Below the pieces are notes generated by a model, which made no database searches, was not told the origin of the DNA, and was given only the letters and a program-made list of their open reading frames with translations. From the IMG/VR virus record IMGVR_UViG_3300017963_000208, positions 67,601 to 107,565 of that record: a stretch of 39,965 nucleotides of DNA. One strand, given 5' to 3'. The stretch comes from a virus. Positions 35,887 through 39,965 of the stretch are shown in pieces (positions within the stretch are counted from its first letter, which is position 1; every line of letters starts with the position of its first letter). Position numbers and translations under genes: made by a program.

Positions 35887-36724
35887 CCAAAATGTTCTTT
35901 CCTTTAACGTGGAAGCCAGCAGCAGCCTTATGTCCTCCCCCTCCATTAGCTTTTGCAACCTCACTAACATCGAAATCGCCTCTTGACCTTAGTGAAACAA
36001 CCCAAGTACCTTTTTCTAGCTCAAAGAACGAAGCTGAGAATGGAGAATCAGGGTATTCTTCTAGCAGCAAGTGACATACATCAGAAACGTTTTGATTAGC
36101 ATTTACAACAGGAACGATGTGGCCATCAATCTCGGTTAAATAGGCGCTCAAAACTGTTTGTTTAGTCTGTTGCTTCCTAAAACGCATGATAGCTTCTCCT
36201 CTGTCAACGACTCTGTAAAAATCTCCACTGTCTATGTTGTGTATTTCGTGCTCTAAACTCTCCCATTCACCAAAATCTTTATCATAACTCCATATTAGAG
36301 CTGAAACCTCTTCTGAGTGGGGAAGTTTCCATTCCCATAAATCCCTATCCTGCACATACTGTAACAACTTCGGTAAGTCCATGTCTGGGTGAAAATATTC
36401 CCAAGCCAACACAGCTCCCGATTTGTGCATATCGAAGTAAGCAAAGTCTAAATCTTTTAAGGCAGCCTCGGAGGTCTTGTGATGGTCTCTAACCACTACT
36501 TTCTTCATGCGTTGGTTCAATTCTACCAATATGTCTTTAGGATAAGACATATCGAGAATGTAGACCTCAGAGTTGTCTCTCATCTGTGGTAGATGTTCGT
36601 GGTAAGCTACAGCTATGTATTTTGCCTTATCCCCAAATTTTTGCCAAGCGGCGTAGGCAGCTCCAAAGCCGTCCGCACAATTTGCATGATAAAGCACATA
36701 TATTCTTCCTTGTCTGGGTGGCAT
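35873..36724 (-). CDS. DHH/DHHA1-family phosphoesterase
   Basis: YH..CADG, LD, DHH, D.DLW, SLRS, GGGGH..AAG. Confidence 0.92.
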   Translation of the reverse strand: MPPRQGRIYVLYHANCADGFGAAYAAWQKFGDKAKYIAVAYHEHLPQMRDNSEVYILDMSYPKDILVELNQRMKKVVVRDHHKTSEAALKDLDFAYFDMHKSGAVLAWEYFHPDMDLPKLLQYVQDRDLWEWKLPHSEEVSALIWSYDKDFGEWESLEHEIHNIDSGDFYRVVDRGEAIMRFRKQQTKQTVLSAYLTEIDGHIVPVVNANQNVSDVCHLLLEEYPDSPFSASFFELEKGTWVVSLRSRGDFDVSEVAKANGGGGHKAAAGFHVKGKNILDETA

Positions 36725-36936
36725 TATAGTTTAGTCTCCCCTCTGAGAATACGCCTTCTCATCCGTTTATTCACCTTGACCAAAATATTGTTCTCATATC
36801 TACAATCCATTTTTGTGCAAGAGTATCGAACTATTACCAGTTTCGGCCATGGTCCCTTGCACTGTAGGTGTTCGCTACGAATTATAGAACCATTTCCACA
36901 TTTCGGGCACCAAGTTGTTTTACTTACCAGACTCAT
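36724..36936 (-). CDS. small zinc-ribbon protein
   Basis: CPKC...C....C. Confidence 0.55.
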   Translation of the reverse strand: MSLVSKTTWCPKCGNGSIIRSEHLQCKGPWPKLVIVRYSCTKMDCRYENNILVKVNKRMRRRILRGETKL

Positions 36937-37373
36937 AGTTTTCTGACCTCTATTCCTGCCTTCTCAAGTAATTCAACTGATAGGGTCTCCTGGTTGTAGT
37001 CCTCTGCGTAGACTACTCTTTTAATTCCACCATTTATAATCATTTTTGTACAGGTTAGACAGGGGTAAAGAGTACTATACAGAGTTGACCCTGCGACTGC
37101 TGTTCCATGATAGGCTGCCTGAATTATTGCATTTTCCTCTGCGTGGGAGCACAAACACTTATCCAAATCCTTTCCGGAGGGAGTACTAGAGTTACATCTG
37201 GGGCAGCCTCCTTCGTCGCAGTTTGTGAGTCCAGAGGGAGTACCGTTATAACCTGTCGAAATTATACGCCGGCCTTTGACAAGCACGGCGGCCACTTGCC
37301 TCGAAACGCAGTTTGAGCGCCTCGCAACGGTCTGGGCTATACCCATGAAGTATTCATCCCAATCAGGTCTCAT
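36933..37373 (-). CDS. dCMP deaminase (ComEB-like)
   Basis: MRP.WDEYFM, TGYNG, HAEENA, PCLTC; start reassigned to MRPDW. Confidence 0.93.
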   Translation of the reverse strand: MRPDWDEYFMGIAQTVARRSNCVSRQVAAVLVKGRRIISTGYNGTPSGLTNCDEGGCPRCNSSTPSGKDLDKCLCSHAEENAIIQAAYHGTAVAGSTLYSTLYPCLTCTKMIINGGIKRVVYAEDYNQETLSVELLEKAGIEVRKL

Positions 37374-37489
37374 TAATTGTCCTTGTTGCGGATTCTTGTG
37401 TCTTGAACCGAATAGTAACATAGGCACCAAATAGCAAAACTTCCAAAAGCTAGTACGCCTAAAATAACACATGCTGTAGGCCAACCCAT
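37373..37489 (-). CDS. 38-aa membrane peptide (below ORF-track cutoff)
   Basis: MGWPTACVILGVLAFGSFAIWCLCYYSVQDTRIRNKDN; TAATG coupling on both sides; GGAG upstream. Confidence 0.55.
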   Translation of the reverse strand: MGWPTACVILGVLAFGSFAIWCLCYYSVQDTRIRNKDN

Positions 37490-37698
37490 TACTTACTCTC
37501 CTTCTGTCTCTTCATATAACTGATAGTGTCTAATTCCCACAATCTTGGTGAAATAAATCCACTCCACATATCTCCGTCCCAGTACATATCGTGGGTTGCT
37601 ATAACTTTATTACCCTTAACCCAGGTCACAACCCCTTTAAGAACCTGACCATCTTTTAGTTTTCGTTCTATCTTATCTCCAACCTTAAACTTCGCCAT
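37489..37698 (-). CDS. SH3/KOW-like protein with shared C-terminal tag
   Basis: KFKVGDKI; ends ELDTISYMKRQK. Confidence 0.65.
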   Translation of the reverse strand: MAKFKVGDKIERKLKDGQVLKGVVTWVKGNKVIATHDMYWDGDMWSGFISPRLWELDTISYMKRQKESK

Positions 37699-37906
37699 TA
37701 TCCTTCCCTACCTGCATGTACTCTATTATATTTAAGTACCTACGCCCCTCACATTGAGGGCACACTCTTGTTTCAATATAATTAACCGTAATGGGGCCTA
37801 GAGCTTGATGCAGATAGTCCTCTCCGCAAATAACATTTTCTACTGGAATTTGTACGTCTATTGTACCTGAACCGTTACAAAATTCGCATTTATATAGCTC
37901 GGCCAT
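37685..37906 (-). CDS. DnaJ-type zinc-finger small protein with tag-like C-terminus
   Basis: CxxCxGxG...CxxCxGxR; ends YLNIIEYMQVGK. Confidence 0.6.
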   Translation of the reverse strand: MAELYKCEFCNGSGTIDVQIPVENVICGEDYLHQALGPITVNYIETRVCPQCEGRRYLNIIEYMQVGKDNGEV

Positions 37907-38103
37907 TACTTAAAAATCACTTTCAGGCCAACTATGGCCCCAATAATAAGAACAAAAAGGGCTAGAGGAATCCACAGGGGGCATAGGACCCACCACCAAG
38001 ACCAGGTAATCTTACCCAGTAACTTGAGCGTGATGAACACCAAAGCCAATAGCCCTGGAAATCCAATGTTCAATTTAGCTTCTGCTTTTCCTGACTGACT
38101 CAT
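37906..38103 (-). CDS. small phage membrane protein
   Basis: LKL.G.I.WSWWWV..PLW motif; GGGAGG upstream. Confidence 0.7.
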   Translation of the reverse strand: MSQSGKAEAKLNIGFPGLLALVFITLKLLGKITWSWWWVLCPLWIPLALFVLIIGAIVGLKVIFK

Positions 38104-38111
38104 TGTTGCCT

Positions 38112-38148
38112 CCCTACTATTATCCTAACGTCTATACATCCGTAAACA
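38112..38148 (-). promoter_or_regulatory. putative promoter, copy C (core only)
   Basis: Minus strand TTTAC-N22-TAGTAG with the same spacing as copies A and B, directly before an RBS; lacks the palindrome. Confidence 0.55.
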
Positions 38149-38308
38149 CTAACTATCTAATCTATGGAATTGCTTTAACAATTCTAACTATACTCCGAAA
38201 GGTACAAGCAATTCTTTATTAGCACTACCATATCTAGGTTATTGTTTTATACTACATAATGCTAGTTATAATTGCTATAGCACTATATAGTATTATATAA
38301 TAAGAATA

Positions 38309-38611
38309 TTATATAGTCTCCTTTTTCTTCTTCATATACTCTAGTGGATAAATTTTAAACTCACCTTCTTTAGGCATTTCTGTAAGAACGGCCCAGTTTA
38401 GTCCGGCGTCATCCCAAAAACATACCCTCAAGTCCGGTAAGAGCCATCCAAAAGCCTGTGGCATTATGTTTATCACAGGAGAGTATTCATGGCTATAGTT
38501 TTTTACATTTTTAACACTGGACAGAGTAGTGGTAGAAATTCGTACCCCATAAGTATTACAGTAGTAATCCATCTCCTCAACGGATTTCTGTAACAATTTA
38601 CTCAGCTTCAC
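38309..38611 (-). CDS. hypothetical protein with shared C-terminal tag
   Basis: Ends IYPLEYMKKKK. Confidence 0.6.
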   Translation of the reverse strand: MKLSKLLQKSVEEMDYYCNTYGVRISTTTLSSVKNVKNYSHEYSPVINIMPQAFGWLLPDLRVCFWDDAGLNWAVLTEMPKEGEFKIYPLEYMKKKKETI

Positions 38612-38855
38612 GTTCTTGCTCCATTGTTTTTATTGTATCTAACGTAATGCTTTCTTCTGCTACTTCAGCTATAAACTCCCTACCAGCCTCTTTGTCAAAA
38701 TAATTAACAAGATACATTGGAAATTCCTCAACGCCATAATCGGTATGATAGAATCTTCTTACCACTTCTCCCACCTGAGTTACAACCTTCTTGCATCCCC
38801 AATCAAGTGACCGAAAGTATACGATATCTCCCACTCTATACTTAAATACACTCAT
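38598..38855 (-). CDS. SH3/KOW-like protein with shared C-terminal tag
   Basis: FKYRVGDIV; ends TLDTIKTMEQER. Confidence 0.65.
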   Translation of the reverse strand: MSVFKYRVGDIVYFRSLDWGCKKVVTQVGEVVRRFYHTDYGVEEFPMYLVNYFDKEAGREFIAEVAEESITLDTIKTMEQEREAE

Positions 38856-39147
38856 CCTTTTTACGGCCCTTCATAGATTCGATTGTATTGACCACAGGGA
38901 TTTTTCCGTAACTGGGGTGAATTTCCCTGTGAAACCTAGAATATTCTTGGAAATAAAAGTTACCCACAACCTCACTTCTGTGGGCTGTTTCACAATGCTT
39001 AGTCAGCTCAAGCTCAACCATGATTCTAGAAGATTCGGGGTGGTGAATATCCAGATCAGCAAAAATATCTTTGACTCGGATTGTACAACCACAGGTAAGG
39101 TCAAAAGCGACCCCAACTAACTTGTCATTATCCCCCGGTCTTTTCAT
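38842..39147 (-). CDS. hypothetical protein with shared C-terminal tag
   Basis: LTCGC...C..H; ends VVNTIESMKGRKK. Confidence 0.6.
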   Translation of the reverse strand: MKRPGDNDKLVGVAFDLTCGCTIRVKDIFADLDIHHPESSRIMVELELTKHCETAHRSEVVGNFYFQEYSRFHREIHPSYGKIPVVNTIESMKGRKKDECI

Positions 39148-39514
39148 TCTGTGCCTCTAGTTCTTTCTTTTTAAGTTCAGCTAACTCTTTCAGTTCTTCC
39201 TTCCGCTTGCGCTTGATTCGCAGGATTCCATCGGTAAAGCTCTCACGCAGTTTCATGGTAGCAATCACATCCACTTCTAAATACCTGGTATCAAACTCTC
39301 TAGAACGATGTAGATGAAATACTTTAGTATCATCAGAAAAATTAAAGAAGGCTACTTCAGCGATATAATAGGTTTCTTGGCCCTCATGGTAATCTTTAAT
39401 TTCCCGACTGCCATGTACCATCACAGGAATACCGTTTAATTCAGCGAGGTTATGGTCATCGGGGTAAGAGATTCTAGCAATAGTCCGTTGTTCTATATTC
39501 TTTATTTCATTCAT
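39128..39514 (-). CDS. hypothetical protein with tag followed by a coiled-coil tail
   Basis: EVDVIATMKLR, then a K/E-rich helix. Confidence 0.6.
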   Translation of the reverse strand: MNEIKNIEQRTIARISYPDDHNLAELNGIPVMVHGSREIKDYHEGQETYYIAEVAFFNFSDDTKVFHLHRSREFDTRYLEVDVIATMKLRESFTDGILRIKRKRKEELKELAELKKKELEAQNEKTGG

Positions 39515-39526
39515 ACTTAGATCCTA

Positions 39527-39964
39527 TCACTTATTCTCAGCTTTGTCAAGCTGGATATCCTCTTCTTTTATGAAACTATCTAAGGAGCTTCCTGCGTAGG
39601 GATTTCCCTGACTCTGTTCTCTAATATCCTGAATTTCCTCACACTTGTCTGTGAAGAGAATACCGTCAAGATGATCTATTTCATGCTGAATAATAAAAGA
39701 TTCTATGTCGTAGGCCATCCCTGTGATATTATTGTTGTTCAAGTCAAGAAACTGTACTTTGATTTCTTTATGCCGCTTCACTTTACCATACTTATATGGC
39801 ACAGAAAAGCAAGCCTCATCACTATCCACCAACTCTTCTGATTTTTCTACAATCACAGGATTGATCATTACCTGTGCTGCTTTTTCCTTGTCCGGTTTGA
39901 CAACTATAATTCTGTAGTGCTCATTAATTTGAATGGCAGATAAACCTACTCCATTACTGGCAAC
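39527..39964 (-). CDS. def: peptide deformylase (5' end beyond window)
   Basis: GVGLSAIQ (upstream of the track's start), EACFS (EGCLS-like), QHEIDHLDG. Confidence 0.9.
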   Translation of the reverse strand, partial: VASNGVGLSAIQINEHYRIIVVKPDKEKAAQVMINPVIVEKSEELVDSDEACFSVPYKYGKVKRHKEIKVQFLDLNNNNITGMAYDIESFIIQHEIDHLDGILFTDKCEEIQDIREQSQGNPYAGSSLDSFIKEEDIQLDKAENK

Positions 39965-39965
39965 T

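Noticed and set aside
36933-37484. Longer 183-aa start for dCMP deaminase
   Set aside because: The family N-terminus begins at MRPDW, and the upstream segment is better explained by a coupled 38-aa peptide in another frame.
1-39965. All plus-strand ORFs in the track
   Set aside because: Nearly all are antisense shadows of well-supported minus-strand genes, show no recognisable motifs and break the uniform gene orientation.
1-39965. tRNA/rRNA genes, CRISPR arrays, stop-codon reassignment
   Set aside because: No cloverleaf or repeat-spacer pattern was visible by eye and intergenic space is minimal. Conserved genes are intact under the standard code, with TAA, TAG and TGA all ending genes.

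Overview
This is a gene-dense segment of a large dsDNA bacteriophage genome. Every credible gene lies on the minus strand, mostly with abutting or overlapping start and stop codons. It is the replication, recombination and nucleotide-metabolism region. Replication and recombination genes include a family A DNA polymerase, a primase-helicase fusion, RecA, a Rad52-like annealase, a Cas4/RecB-like exonuclease and two resolvase-like nucleases. Nucleotide genes include a class II RNR, ThyX, dUTPase, dCMP deaminase, dNMP kinase and a family-4 UDG. Accessory enzymes include a C5 DNA methyltransferase, a radical SAM enzyme, two ClpP-like proteases, PhoH, an RNA ligase, a nucleotidyltransferase, a macro domain, an Smr domain, several phosphoesterases and a truncated peptide deformylase, among many small hypothetical proteins. 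Four things stand out. (1) About 19 small, otherwise dissimilar proteins across the window carry a shared near-C-terminal peptide, roughly [D/N]-[T/I/V]-[I/L]-x-[T/Y]-M-K-x-[K/R]-K. (2) The C5 methyltransferase appears to have its motif IX encoded in an overlapping alternative frame. (3) A fixed-spacing phage promoter/operator motif recurs in intergenic regions. (4) One ClpP-like protein carries a signal peptide. All family calls come from motifs recognised by eye; no database searches were run.
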